DNA from: the human T2T-CHM13v2.0 reference genome, Homo sapiens
NCBI RefSeq assembly: GCF_009914755.1
Contig: NC_060948.1
Length of the DNA: 64,000 nt
Strand: one strand, 5' to 3'
Under the pieces are notes generated by a model. It ran no database searches and was not told where the DNA came from. It saw only the letters and a list, made by a program, of their open reading frames with translations. The stretch's first letter is position 1. Each line of letters opens with the position of its first letter. Below, piece by piece: positions 17,832-37,180 of this stretch. A program made the translations under genes and the position numbers.

Positions 17832-19957
17832 AGATCCATATTTTTTAAATGAAAAAAAATTTCGAAGGTACTCTGCTTGGTACAATAATCAAATGTATAA
17901 ACTGAGGAATAAAACATAACCATGAAACCTACTTATAACTGCATATGGAAAATACAGAGGATAATTTTTTAAATAACATATTTTGAAAGCCTTAACTAGT
18001 AATTTGAAGAGTTGGCATTTGAAAGGCCAGTATGAATATACCTTCAAAGCAGCAACACAGGTTCCCCATGAGAAAAAGCAAACACAGGGAAAATAAAAAC
18101 ACAAAGGTTCAATCTCTTCTGACCTTTGAAAGACACAGCACAGACAGTGGTCCTTAGGACGAAGAGCAGGAGACCCCTAATTCCGTCACCATGGCGATAG
18201 GGCATAAACATTGCTGGGTGAGGGCACAATCCACATTGTGAGGTCCAACTGCTGCCAGGAAGACAGGAGTGCTTTTACATAGACCGAAAGGTCATTGAAG
18301 GCTCAGAGTTTTGTTTCAAGAACTGAATCCCAAGCCCACACGTTATTAGGCTGCGCTTCTTAAAACAAGTTATGAGATGGGAAAAAGGGCACCCACAAAC
18401 ATACGTATACATTATGTATATAATAATATACAGTATCATATATAATATATATAACCTATGTATAATATTGTTTTACATCCTGCATCTTATGTTATATATA
18501 TTGTATAAAATATAATAATTGATAATATATAAGTTTTATAATTATACAATATGACATATAGTATATATTATAATTTATGACATATATAATATATGTTATA
18601 TGTCATATATAGAATATATTATACGGTTAATATACGTATTAAATATAAATTATACTTTATATATATTATATATAATATATCTGTTATATATAATGCCCAT
18701 TATGCATAATATATATATTATGCCTATGTTATATATAGTATAAAACAACATATAATAATATATAATTGTATATATAAAATGCGACATATAATATATATTA
18801 TATTTTATATCATATGTAATATATATTATATATTATATATAATACGTTGTATGTATAATACCTATATTAAATATATATTATATGACTATGTTATTAATTA
18901 CATGTCACATGTGTTATATATTATATATTTTACATAGAATATACCGGTTACATACAATATATACTATGTTACCTATAATGTATAATTTATTACATGTAAA
19001 ATAAAGAATGCAATATATTATGTATAATTTATAATATACCATATGTGGAATGTGATATATATAACATATAATATATGATATATGATATACAGTATATGAT
19101 ATATAACATACAATATATGATTCCTAATATATACGGTATACAATATATATTTTATGATATGTATTCTATATGTTTTATATTCTGTTATATATAACTATTT
19201 GAAATTATATATAACTGTATAATATTTTATGTAAATATGTAATATAATATATATAACTATATAATATATTATATATAACTATATATTATGTTATATATAC
19301 TTTTATAACATAATTTACATAAAATATCATAATATAATATATATTATATTATTTCATATTACATAATATATATTACATATCACCCAATATAACTAACATA
19401 CATAATATTATAATATAGATTATATTGTGTTATATTAAATATCATATATATCATGTATCATATATTCTATAATATATATTACACATTATATAATATGTAT
19501 GTTGTCTATTATGTGATATATATAACTCTATATATAATTATATTTTTATACATATAACTAGATAAACATGTAATTCTACATATTTTCATTTATAATATGT
19601 AGAATTATATAATCATATATAATTATTTATATTCTATAAAAAATTTTATCATTATATAAATTATAATATATAAAAATTATAATATGTACTACAAATATAT
19701 ATATTATATATCATATATGATATAGTACCTTTGTTATATATCATAATACATATAAATGTGTATTATGTTAACTATAATTATATAATTTCATATATAAGAT
19801 GTATAATATGTATCATATATTATATATGTTATGTAATATATACAGTATATATAAGATGACACAGGATAAATATTATATACTATGACATATAAAATATATG
19901 AGGTTATATGTTACATATAAGGCATAGCACATAACATGTAATATATATCATATATAA

Positions 19958-20249
19958 TTTTTTTTTAGACAGAATCTTGTCCTGTTGCACAGGGTGGGGT
20001 ACAATGATGCCATCTTTGCTCACTGCAACTTCTGCCTCACGGGTCCAAGCGATTGTCCTCCCTCAGCCTCCCAAGTAGCTGGGACTACACCACACTGGGA
20101 CTACACCAGCTGCCACCATGCCTAGCTAATTTTTTGGATTTTTAGTAGTGACAGCCTTTCACTGTATTGGCCAGGATGGTCTTGATCTCTTCACCTTGTG
20201 ATCCCCTTGCCTTGGCCTCCAAATTTGCTGGGATTACAGGCCTGAGCCA
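19958..20249 (-). mobile_element. Alu of unit 9 (Q variant)
   Basis: Variants aatgatgcc, cccaagtag, acagccttt. Confidence 0.93.
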
Positions 20250-22375
20250 AGATCCATATTTTGTAAATGAAAAAAAATTTCAAAGGTTCTCTGCTTGGTA
20301 CAATAACCAAATGTATAAACTGAGGAATAAAACATAACCATGAAACCTACTTATAACTGCATATTGAAAATACAGAGGATAATTTTTTAAATAACATATT
20401 TTGAAAGCCTTAACTAGTAATTTGAAGAGTTGGCATTTGAAAGGCCAGTATGAATATACCTTCAAAGCAGCAACACAGGTTCCCCATGAGAAAAAGCAAA
20501 CACAGGGGAAATAAAAACACAAAGGTTCAATCTCTTCTGACCTTTGAAAGACACGGCACAGACAGTGGTCCTTAGGACGAAGAGCAGGAGACCCCTAATT
20601 CCGTCACCATGGCGATAGGGCATAAACATTGCTGGGTGAGGGCACAATCCACATTGTGAGGTCCAACTGCTGCCAGGAAGACAGGAGTGCTTTTACATAG
20701 ACCGAAAGGTCATTGAAGGCTCAGAGTTTTGTTTCAAGAACTGAATCCCAAGCCCACACGTTATTAGGCTGCGCTTCTTAAAACAAGTTATGAGATGGGA
20801 AAAAGGGCACCCACAAACATACGTATACATTATGTATATAATAATATACAGTATCATATATAATATATATAACCTATGTATAATATTGTTTTACATCCTG
20901 CATCTTATGTTATATATATTGTATAAAATATAATAATTGATAATATATAAGTTTTATAATTATACAATATGACATATAGTATATATTATAATTTATGACA
21001 TATATAATATATGTTATATGTCATATATAGAATATATTATACGGTTAATATACGTATTAAATATAAATTATACTTTATATATATTATATATAATATATCT
21101 GTTATATATAATGCCCATTATGCATAATATATATATTATGCCTATGTTATATATAGTATAAAACAACATATAATAATATATAATTGTATATATAAAATGC
21201 GACATATAATATATATTATATTTTATATCATATGTAATATATATTATATATTATATATAATACGTTGTATGTATAATACCTATATTAAATATATATTATA
21301 TGACTATGTTATTAATTACATGTCACATGTGTTATATATTATATATTTTACATAGAATATACCGGTTACATACAATATATACTATGTTACCTATAATGTA
21401 TAATTTATTACATGTAAAATAAAGAATGCAATATATTATGTATAATTTATAATATACCATATGTGGAATGTGATATATATAACATATAATATATGATATA
21501 TGATATACAGTATATGATATATAACATACAATATATGATTCCTAATATATATGGTATACAATATATATTTTATGATATGTATTCTATATGTTTTATATTC
21601 TGTTATATATAACTATTTGAAATTATATATAACTGTATAATATTTTATGTAAATATGTAATATAATATATATAACTATATAATATATTATATATAACTAT
21701 ATATTATGTTATATATACTTTTATAACATAATTTACATAAAATATCATAATATAATATATATTATATTATTTCATATTACATAATATATATTACATATCA
21801 CCCAATATAACTAACATACATAATATTATAATATAGATTATATTGTGTTATATTAAATATCATATATATCATGTATCATATATTCTATAATATATATTAC
21901 ACATTATATAATATGTATGTTGTCTATTATGTGATATATATAACTCTATATATAATTATATTTTTATACATATAACTAGATAAACATGTAATTCTACATA
22001 TTTTCATTTATAATATGTAGAATTATATAATCATATATAATTATTTATATTCTATAAAAAATTTTATCATTATATAAATTATAATATATAAAAATTATAA
22101 TATGTACTACAAATATATATATTATATATCATATATGATATAGTACCTTTGTTATATATCATAATACATATAAATGTGTATTATGTTAACTATAATTATA
22201 TAATTTCATATATAAGATGTATAATATGTATCATATATTATATATGTTATGTAATATATACAGTATATATAAGATGACACAGGATAAATATTATATACTA
22301 TGACATATAAAATATATGAGGTTATATGTTACATATAAGGCATAGCACATAACATGTAATATATATCATATATAA

Positions 22376-22667
22376 TTTTTTTTTAGACAGAATCTTGTCC
22401 TGTTGCACAGGGTGGGGTACAATGATGCCATCTTTGCTCACTGCAACTTCTGCCTCACGGGTCCAAGCGATTGTCCTCCCTCAGCCTCCCAAGTAGCTGG
22501 GACTACACCACACTGGGACTACACCAGCTGCCACCATGCCTAGCTAATTTTTTGGATTTTTAGTAGTGACAGCCTTTCACTGTATTGGCCAGGATGGTCT
22601 TGATCTCTTCACCTTGTGATCCCCTTGCCTTGGCCTCCAAATTTGCTGGGATTACAGGCCTGAGCCA
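22376..22667 (-). mobile_element. Alu of unit 10 (Q variant)
   Basis: Same variants as unit 9. Confidence 0.93.
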
Positions 22668-24772
22668 AGATCCATATTTTGTAAATGAAAAAAAATTTCA
22701 AAGGTTCTCTGCTTGGTACAATAACCAAATGTATAAACTGAGGAATAAAACATAACCATGAAACCTACTTATAACTGCATATTGAAAATACAGAGGATAA
22801 TTTTTTAAATAACATATTTTGAAAGCCTTAACTAGTAATTTGAAGAGTTGGCATTTGAAAGGCCAGTATGAATATACCTTCAAAGCAGCAACACAGGTTC
22901 CCCATGAGAAAAAGCAAACACAGGGGAAATAAAAACACAAAGGTTCAATCTCTTCTGACCTTTGAAAGACACGGCACAGACAGTGGTCCTTAGGACGAAG
23001 AGCAGGAGACCCCTAATTCCGTCACCATGGCGATAGGGCATAAACATTGCTGGGTGAGGGCACAATCCACATTGTGAGGTCCAACTGCTGCCAGGAAGAC
23101 AGGAGTGCTTTTACATAGACCGAAAGGTCATTGAAGGCTCAGAGTTTTGTTTCAAGAACTGAATCCCAAGCCCACACTTTATTAGGCTGCGCTTCTTAAA
23201 ACAAGTTATGAGATGGGAAAAAGGGCACCCACAAACATACGTATACATTATGTATATAATAATATACAGTATCACATATATAATATATATAACCTATGTA
23301 TAATATTGTTTTACATCCTGCATCTTATGTTATATATATTGTATAAAATATAATAATTGATAATATATAAGTTTTATAATTATACAATATGACATATAGT
23401 ATATATTATAATTTATGACATATATAATATATGTTATATGTCATATATAGAATATATTATACGGTTAATATACGTATTAAATATAAATTATACATTATAT
23501 ATATTATATATAATATATCTGTTATATATAATACCCATTATGAATAATGTATATATTATGTCTATGTTATATATAGTATAAAACAACATATAATAATATA
23601 TAATTGTATATATAAAATGCGACATATAATATATATTATATTTTATAACATATGTAATATATATTATATATTATATATAATACGTTGTATGTATAATACC
23701 TATATTAAATATATATTATATGACTATGTTATTAATTACGTGTCACATGTGTTATATATTATATATTTTACATAGAATATACCGGTTACATACAATATAT
23801 ACTATGTTACCTATAATGTATAATTTATTACATGTAAAATAAACAATGCAATATATTATGTATAATTTATAATATACCATATGTGGAATGTGATATATAT
23901 AACATATAATATATGATATATGATATACAGTATATGATATATAACATACAATATATGATTCCTAATATATATGGTATACAATATATATTTTATGATATGT
24001 ATTCTATATGTTTTATATTCTGTTATATATAACTATTTGAAATTATATATAACTGTATAATATTTTATGTAAATATGTAATATAATATATATAACTATAT
24101 AATATATTATATATAACTATATATTATGTTATATATACTTTTATAACATAATTTACATAAAATATCATAATATAATATATATTATATTATTTCATATTAC
24201 ATAATATATATTACATATCACCCAATATAACTAACATACATAATATTATAATATAGATTATATTATGTTATATTAAATATCATATATATCATGTATCATA
24301 TATTCTATAATATATATTACACATTATATAATATGTATGTTGTCTATTATGTGATATATATAACTATATATATAATTATATTTTTATACATATAACTAGA
24401 TAAACATGTAATTCTACATATTTTCATTTATAATATGTAGAATTATAAAATCATATATAATTATTTATATTCTATAAAAAATTTTATCACTATATAAATT
24501 ATAATATATAAAAATTATAATAGGTACTACAAATATATATATTATATATCATATATGATATAGTACCTTTGTTATATTTCATAATACATATAAATGTGTA
24601 TTATGTTATCTATAATTATATAATTTCATATATAAGATGTATAATGTGTATCATATATTATATATGTTATGTAATATATATAGTATATATAAGATGACAC
24701 AGGATAAATATTATATACTATGACATATAAAATATATGAGGTTATATGTTACATATAAGGCATAGCACATAA

Positions 24773-25087
<315 letters not shown>

Positions 25088-27189
25088 AGATCCATATATT
25101 TTAAATGAAAAAAAATTTCAAAGGTACTCTGCTTGGTACAATAATCAAATGTATAAACTGAGGAATAAAACATAACCATGAAACCTACTTATAACTGCAT
25201 ATGGAAAATACAGAGGATAATTTTTTAAATAACATATTTTGAAAGCCTTAACTAGTAATTTGAAGAGTTGGCATTTGAAAGGCCAGTATGAATATACCTT
25301 CAAAGCAGCAACACAGGTTCCCCATGAGAAAAAGCAAACACAGGGAAAATAAAAACACAAAGGTTCAATCTCTTCTGACCTTTGAAAGACACAGCACAGA
25401 CAGTGGTCCTTAGGACGAAGAGCAGGAGACCCCTAATTCCGTCACCATGGCGATAGGGCATAAACATTGCTGGGTGAGGGCACAATCCACCTTGTGAGGT
25501 CCAACTGCTGCCAGGAAGACAGGAGTGCTTTTACATAGACCGAAAAGTCATTGAAGGCTCAGAGTTTTGTTTCAAGAACTGAATCCCAAGCCCACACGTT
25601 ATTAGGCTGCGCTTCTTAAAACAAGTTATGAGATGGGAAAAAGGGCACCCACAAACATACGTATACATTATGTATATAATAATATACAGTATCATATATA
25701 TAATATATATAACCTATGTATAATATTGTTTTACATCCTGCATCTTATGTTATATATATTGTATAAAATATAATAATTGATAATATATAAGTTTTATAAT
25801 TATACAATATGACATATAGTATATATTATAATTTATGACATATATAATATATGTTATATGTCATATATAGAATATATTATACGGTTAATATACGTATTAA
25901 ATATAAATTATACATTATATATATTATATATAATATATCTGTTATATATAATACCCATTATGCATAATATATATATTATGTCTATGTTATATATAGTATA
26001 AAACAACATATAATAATATATAATTGTATATATAAAATGCGACATATAATATATATTATATTTTATAACATATGTAATATATATTATATATTATATATAA
26101 TACGTTGTATGTATAATACCTATATTAAATATATATTATATGACTATGTTATTAATTACATGTCACATGTGTTATATATTATATATTTTACATAGAATAT
26201 ACCGGTTACATACAATATATACTATGTTACCTATAATGTATAATTTATTACATGTAAAATAAAGAATGCAATATATTATGTATAATTTATAATATACCAT
26301 ATGTGGAATGTGATATATATAACATATAATATATGATATATGATATACAGTATATGATATATAACATACAATATATGATTCCTAATATATATGGTATACA
26401 ATATATATTTTATGATATGTATTCTATATGTTTTATATTCTGTTATATATAACTATTTGAAATTATATATAACTGTATAATATTTTATGTAAATATGTAA
26501 TATAATATATATAACTATATAATATATTATAGATAACTTTATATTATGTTATATATACTTTTATAACATAATTTACATAAAATATCATAATATAATATAT
26601 ATTATATTATTTCATATTACATAATATATATTACATATCACCCAATATAACTAACATACATAATATTATAATATAGATTATATTGTGTTATATTAAATAT
26701 CATATATATCATGTATCATATATTCTATAATATATATTACACATTATATAATATGTATGTTGTCTATTATGTGATATATATAACTATATATATAATTATA
26801 TTTTTATACATATAACTAGATAAACATGTAATTCTACATATTTTCATTTAAAATATGTAGAATTATATAATCATATATAATTATTTATATTCTATAAAAA
26901 ATTTTATCATTATATAAATTATAATATATAAAAATTATATATACTACAAATATATATATTATATATCATATATGATATAGTACCTTTGTTATATATCATA
27001 ATACATATAAATGTGTATTATGTTATCTATAATTATATAATTTCATATATAAGATGTATAATATGTATCATATATTATATATGTTATGTAATATATATAG
27101 TATATATAAGATGACACAGGATAAATATTATATACTATGACATATAAAATATATGAGGTTATATGTTACATATAAGGCATAGCACATAA

Positions 27190-27504
<315 letters not shown>

Positions 27505-29607
27505 AGATCCATATTTTTTAAATGAAAAAAAATTTCAAAGGTACTCTGCTTGGTACAATAATCAAATGTATAAACTGAGGAATAAAACATAACCATGAAA
27601 CCTACTTATAACTGCATATGGAAAATACAGAGGATAATTTTTTAAATAACATATTTTGAAAGCCTTAACTAGTAATTTGAAGAGTTGGCATTTGAAAGGC
27701 CAGTATGAATATACCTTCAAAGCAGCAACACAGGTTCCCCATGAGAAAAAGCAAACACAGGGAAAATAAAAACACAAAGGTTCAATCTCTTCTGACCTTT
27801 CAAAGACACAGCACAGACAGTGGTCCTTAGGAAGAAGAGCAGGAGACCCCTAATTCCGTCACCATGGCGATAGGGCATAAACATTGCTGGGTGAGGGCAC
27901 AATCCACATTGTGAGGTCCAACTGCTGCCAGGAAGACAGGAGTGCTTTTACATAGACCGAAAGGTCATTGAAGGCTCAGAGTTTTGTTTCAAGAACTGAA
28001 TCCCAAGCCCACACGTTATTAGGCTGCGCTTCTTAAAACAAGTTATGAGATGGGAAAAAGGGCACCCACAAACATACGTATACATTATGTATATAATAAT
28101 ATACAGTATCATATATATACTATATATAACCTATGTATAATATTGTTTTACATCCTGCATCTTGTTATATATATTGTATAAAATATAATAATTGATAATA
28201 TATAAGTTTTATAATTATACAATATGACATATAGTATATATTATAATTTATGACATATATAATATATGTTATATGTCATATATAGAATATATTATACGGT
28301 TAATATACGTATTAAATATAAATTATACATTATATATATTATATATAATATATCTGTTATATATAATACCCATTATGCATAATATATATATTATGCCTAT
28401 GTTATATATAGTATAAAACAACATATAATAATATATAATTGTATATATAAAATGCGACATATAATATATATTATATTTTATATCATATGTAATATATATT
28501 ATATATTATATATAATACGTTGTATGTATAATACCTATATTAAATATATATTATATGACCATGTTATTAATTACATGTCACATGTGTTATATATTATATA
28601 TTTTACATAGAATATACCGGTTACATACAATAAATACTATGTTACCTATAATGTATAATTTATTACATGTAAAATAAAGAATGCAATATATTATGTATAT
28701 TTTATAATATACCATATGTGGAATGTGATATATATAACATATAATATATGATATATGATATACAGTATATGATATATAACATACAATAGATGATTCCTAA
28801 TATATATGGTATACAATATATATTTTATGATATGAATTCTATATGTTTTATATTCTGTTATATATAACTATTTGAAATTATATATAACTGTATAATATTT
28901 TATGTAAATATGTAATATAATATATATAACTATATAATATATTATATATAACTATATATTATGTTATATATACTTTTATAACATAATTTACATAAAATAT
29001 CATAATATAATATATATTATATTATTTCATATTACATAATATATATTAGATATCACCCAATATAACTAACAAACATAATATTATAATATAGATTATATTG
29101 TGTTATATTAAATATCATATATATCATGTATCATATATTCTATAATATATATTACACATTATATAATATGTATGTTGTCTATTATGTGATATATATAACT
29201 ATATATATAATTATATTTTTATACATATAACTAGATAAACATGTAATTCTACATATTTTCATTTATAATATGTAGAATTATATAATCATATATAATTATT
29301 TATATTCTATAAAAAATTTTATCATTATATAAATTATAATATATAAAAATTATAATATGTACTACAAATATATATATTATATATCATATATGATATAGTA
29401 CCTTTGTTATATTTCATAATACATATAAATGTGTATTATGTTATCTATAATTATATAATTTCATATATAAGATGTATAATATGTATCATATATTATATAT
29501 GTTATGTAATATATATAGTATATATAAGATGACACAGGATAAATATTATATACTATGACATATAAAATATATCAGGTTATATGTTACATATAAGGCATAG
29601 CACATAA

Positions 29608-29922
<315 letters not shown>

Positions 29923-32050
29923 AGATCCATATTTTTTAAATGAAAAAAAATTTCAAAGGTACTCTGCTTGGTACAATAATCAAATGTATAAACTGAGGAA
30001 TAAAACATAACCATGAAACCTACTTATAACTGCATATGGAAAATACAGAGGATAATTTTTTAAATAACATATTTTGAAAGCCTTAACTAGTAATTTGAAG
30101 AGTTGGCATTTGAAAGGCCAGTATGAATATACCTTCAAAGCAGCAACACAGGTTCCCCATGAGAAAAAGCAAACACAGGGAAAATAAAAACACAAAGGTT
30201 CAATCTCTTCTGACCTTTGAAAGACACAGCACAGACAGTGGTCCTTAGGACGAAGAGCAGGAGACCCCTAATTCCGTCACCATGGCGATAGGGCATAAAC
30301 ATTGCTGGGTGAGGGCACAATCCACATTGTGAGGTCCAACTGCTGCCAGGAAGACAGGAGTGCTTTTACATACACCGAAAGGTCATTGAAGGCTCAGAGT
30401 TTTGTTTCAAGAACTGAATCCCAAGCCCACACGTTATTAGGCTGCGCTTCTTAAAACAAGTTATGAGATGGGAAAAAGGGCACCCACAAACATACGTATA
30501 CATTATGTATATAATAATATACAGTATCATATATATAATATATATAACCTATGTATAATATTGTTTTACATCCTGCATCTTATGTTATATATATTGTATA
30601 AAATATAATAATTGATAATATATAAGTTTTATAATTATACAATATGACATATAGTATATATTATAATTTATGACATATATAATATATGTTATATGTCATA
30701 TATAGAATATATTATACGGTTAATATACGTATTAAATATAAATTATACTTTATATATATTATATATAATATATCTGTTATATATAATGCCCATTATGCAT
30801 AATATATATATTATGCCTATGTTATATATAGTATAAAACAACATATAATAATATATAATTGTATATATAAAATGCGACATATAATATATATTATATTTTA
30901 TATCATATGTAATATATATTATATATTATATATAATACGTTGTATGTATAATACCTATATTAAATATATATTATATGACTATGTTATTAATTACATGTCA
31001 CATGTGTTATATATTATATATTTTACATAGAATATACCGGTTACATACAATATATACTATGTTACCTATAATGTATAATTTATTACATGTAAAATAAAGA
31101 ATGCAATATATTATGTATAATTTATAATATACCATATGTGGAATGTGATATATATAACATATAATATATGATATATGATATACAGTATATGATATATAAC
31201 ATACAATATATGATTCCTAATATATACGGTATACAATATATATTTTATGATATGTATTCTATATGTTTTATATTCTGTTATATATAACTATTTGAAATTA
31301 TATATAACTGTATAATATTTTATGTAAATATGTAATATAATATATATAACTATATAATATATTATATATAACTATATATTATGTTATATATACTTTTATA
31401 ACATAATTTACATAAAATATCATAATATAATATATATTATATTATTTCATATTACATAATATATATTACATATCACCCAATATAACTAACATACATAATA
31501 TTATAATATAGATTATATTGTGTTATATTAAATATCATATATATCATGTATCATATATTCTATAATATATATTACACATTATATAATATGTATGTTGTCT
31601 ATTATGTGATATATATAACTCTATATATAATTATATTTTTATACATATAACTAGATAAACATGTAATTCTACATATTTTCATTTATAATATGTAGAATTA
31701 TATAATCATATATAATTATTTATATTCTATAAAAAATTTTATCATTATATAAATTATAATATATAAAAATTATAATATGTACTACAAATATATATATTAT
31801 ATATCATATATGATATAGTACCTTTGTTATATATCATAATACATATAAATGTGTATTATGTTAACTATAATTATATAATTTCATATATAAGATGTATAAT
31901 ATGTATCATATATTATATATGTTATGTAATATATACAGTATATATAAGATGACACAGGATAAATATTATATACTATGACATATAAAATATATGAGGTTAT
32001 ATGTTACATATAAGGCATAGCACATAACATGTAATATATATCATATATAA

Positions 32051-32342
32051 TTTTTTTTTAGACAGAATCTTGTCCTGTTGCACAGGGTGGGGTACAATGA
32101 TGCCATCTTTGCTCACTGCAACTTCTGCCTCACGGGTCCAAGCGATTGTCCTCCCTCAGCCTCCCAAGTAGCTGGGACTACACCACACTGGGACTACACC
32201 AGCTGCCACCATGCCTAGCTAATTTTTTGGATTTTTAGTAGTGACAGCCTTTCACTGTATTGGCCAGGATGGTCTTGATCTCTTCACCTTGTGATCCCCT
32301 TGCCTTGGCCTCCAAATTTGCTGGGATTACAGGCCTGAGCCA
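32051..32342 (-). mobile_element. Alu of unit 14 (Q variant)
   Basis: Same variants as unit 9. Confidence 0.93.
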
Positions 32343-34445
32343 AGATCCATATTTTGTAAATGAAAAAAAATTTCAAAGGTTCTCTGCTTGGTACAATAAC
32401 CAAATGTATAAACTGAGGAATAAAACATAACCATGAAACCTACTTATAACTGCATATTGAAAATACAGAGGATAATTTTTTAAATAACATATTTTGAAAG
32501 CCTTAACTAGTAATTTGAAGAGTTGGCATTTGAAAGGCCAGTATGAATATACCTTCAAAGCAGCAACACAGGTTCCCCATGAGAAAAAGCAAACACAGGG
32601 GAAATAAAAACACAAAGGTTCAATCTCTTCTGACCTTTGAAAGACACGGCACAGACAGTGGTCCTTAGGACGAAGAGCAGGAGACCCCTAATTCCGTCAC
32701 CATGGCGATAGGGCATAAACATTGCTGGGTGAGGGCACAATCCACATTGTGAGGTCCAACTGCTGCCAGGAAGACAGGAGTGCTTTTACATAGACCGAAA
32801 GGTCATTGAAGGCTCAGAGTTTTGTTTCAAGAACTGAATCCCAAGCCCACACGTTATTAGGCTGCGCTTCTTAAAACAAGTTATGAGATGGGAAAAAGGG
32901 CACCCACAAACATACGTATACATTATGTATATAATAATATACAGTATCATATATAATATATATAACCTATGTATAATATTGTTTTACATCCTGCATCTTA
33001 TGTTATATATATTGTATAAAATATAATAATTGATAATATATAAGTTTTATAATTATACAATATGACATATAGTATATATTATAATTTATGACATATATAA
33101 TATATGTTATATGTCATATATAGAATATATTATACGGTTAATATACGTATTAAATATAAATTATACTTTATATATATTATATATAATATATCTGTTATAT
33201 ATAATGCCCATTATGCATAATATATATATTATGCCTATGTTATATATAGTATAAAACAACATATAATAATATATAATTGTATATATAAAATGCGACATAT
33301 AATATATATTATATTTTATATCATATGTAATATATATTATATATTATATATAATACGTTGTATGTATAATACCTATATTAAATATATATTATATGACTAT
33401 GTTATTAATTACATGTCACATGTGTTATATATTATATATTTTACATAGAATATACCGGTTACATACAATATATACTATGTTACCTATAATGTATAATTTA
33501 TTACATGTAAAATAAAGAATGCAATATATTATGTATAATTTATAATATACCATATGTGGAATGTGATATATATAACATATAATATATGATATATGATATA
33601 CAGTATATGATATATAACATACAATATATGATTCCTAATATATATGGTATACAATATATATTTTATGATATGTATTCTATATGTTTTATATTCTGTTATA
33701 TATAACTATTTGAAATTATATATAACTGTATAATATTTTATGTAAATATGTAATATAATATATATAACTATATAATATATTATATATAACTATATATTAT
33801 GTTATATATACTTTTATAACATAATTTACATAAAATATCATAATATAATATATATTATATTATTTCATATTACATAATATATATTACATATCACCCAATA
33901 TAACTAACATACATAATATTATAATATAGATTATATTGTGTTATATTAAATATCATATATATCATGTATCATATATTCTATAATATATATTACACATTAT
34001 ATAATATGTATGTTGTCTATTATGTGATATATATAACTCTATATATAATTATATTTTTATACATATAACTAGATAAACATGTAATTCTACATATTTTCAT
34101 TTATAATATGTAGAATTATATAATCATATATAATTATTTATATTCTATAAAAAATTTTATCATTATATAAATTATAATATATAAAAATTATAATATGTAC
34201 TACAAATATATATATTATATATCATATATGATATAGTACCTTTGTTATATATCATAATACATATAAATGTGTATTATGTTAACTATAATTATATAATTTC
34301 ATATATAAGATGTATAATATGTATCATATATTATATATGTTATGTAATATATACAGTATATATAAGATGACACAGGATAAATATTATATACTATGACATA
34401 TAAAATATATGAGGTTATATGTTACATATAAGGCATAGCACATAA

Positions 34446-34760
<315 letters not shown>

Positions 34761-36865
34761 AGATCCATATTTTGTAAATGAAAAAAAATTTCAAAGGTTC
34801 TCTGCTTGGTACAATAACCAAATGTATAAACTGAGGAATAAAACATAACCATGAAACCTACTTATAACTGCATATTGAAAATACAGAGGATAATTTTTTA
34901 AATAACATATTTTGAAAGCCTTAACTAGTAATTTGAAGAGTTGGCATTTGAAAGGCCAGTATGAATATACCTTCAAAGCAGCAACACAGGTTCCCCATGA
35001 GAAAAAGCAAACACAGGGGAAATAAAAACACAAAGGTTCAATCTCTTCTGACCTTTGAAAGACACGGCACAGACAGTGGTCCTTAGGACGAAGAGCAGGA
35101 GACCCCTAATTCCGTCACCATGGCGATAGGGCATAAACATTGCTGGGTGAGGGCACAATCCACATTGTGAGGTCCAACTGCTGCCAGGAAGACAGGAGTG
35201 CTTTTACATAGACCGAAAGGTCATTGAAGGCTCAGAGTTTTGTTTCAAGAACTGAATCCCAAGCCCACACTTTATTAGGCTGCGCTTCTTAAAACAAGTT
35301 ATGAGATGGGAAAAAGGGCACCCACAAACATACGTATACATTATGTATATAATAATATACAGTATCACATATATAATATATATAACCTATGTATAATATT
35401 GTTTTACATCCTGCATCTTATGTTATATATATTGTATAAAATATAATAATTGATAATATATAAGTTTTATAATTATACAATATGACATATAGTATATATT
35501 ATAATTTATGACATATATAATATATGTTATATGTCATATATAGAATATATTATACGGTTAATATACGTATTAAATATAAATTATACATTATATATATTAT
35601 ATATAATATATCTGTTATATATAATACCCATTATGAATAATGTATATATTATGTCTATGTTATATATAGTATAAAACAACATATAATAATATATAATTGT
35701 ATATATAAAATGCGACATATAATATATATTATATTTTATAACATATGTAATATATATTATATATTATATATAATACGTTGTATGTATAATACCTATATTA
35801 AATATATATTATATGACTATGTTATTAATTACGTGTCACATGTGTTATATATTATATATTTTACATAGAATATACCGGTTACATACAATATATACTATGT
35901 TACCTATAATGTATAATTTATTACATGTAAAATAAACAATGCAATATATTATGTATAATTTATAATATACCATATGTGGAATGTGATATATATAACATAT
36001 AATATATGATATATGATATACAGTATATGATATATAACATACAATATATGATTCCTAATATATATGGTATACAATATATATTTTATGATATGTATTCTAT
36101 ATGTTTTATATTCTGTTATATATAACTATTTGAAATTATATATAACTGTATAATATTTTATGTAAATATGTAATATAATATATATAACTATATAATATAT
36201 TATATATAACTATATATTATGTTATATATACTTTTATAACATAATTTACATAAAATATCATAATATAATATATATTATATTATTTCATATTACATAATAT
36301 ATATTACATATCACCCAATATAACTAACATACATAATATTATAATATAGATTATATTATGTTATATTAAATATCATATATATCATGTATCATATATTCTA
36401 TAATATATATTACACATTATATAATATGTATGTTGTCTATTATGTGATATATATAACTATATATATAATTATATTTTTATACATATAACTAGATAAACAT
36501 GTAATTCTACATATTTTCATTTATAATATGTAGAATTATAAAATCATATATAATTATTTATATTCTATAAAAAATTTTATCACTATATAAATTATAATAT
36601 ATAAAAATTATAATAGGTACTACAAATATATATATTATATATCATATATGATATAGTACCTTTGTTATATTTCATAATACATATAAATGTGTATTATGTT
36701 ATCTATAATTATATAATTTCATATATAAGATGTATAATGTGTATCATATATTATATATGTTATGTAATATATATAGTATATATAAGATGACACAGGATAA
36801 ATATTATATACTATGACATATAAAATATATGAGGTTATATGTTACATATAAGGCATAGCACATAA

Positions 36866-37180
<315 letters not shown>

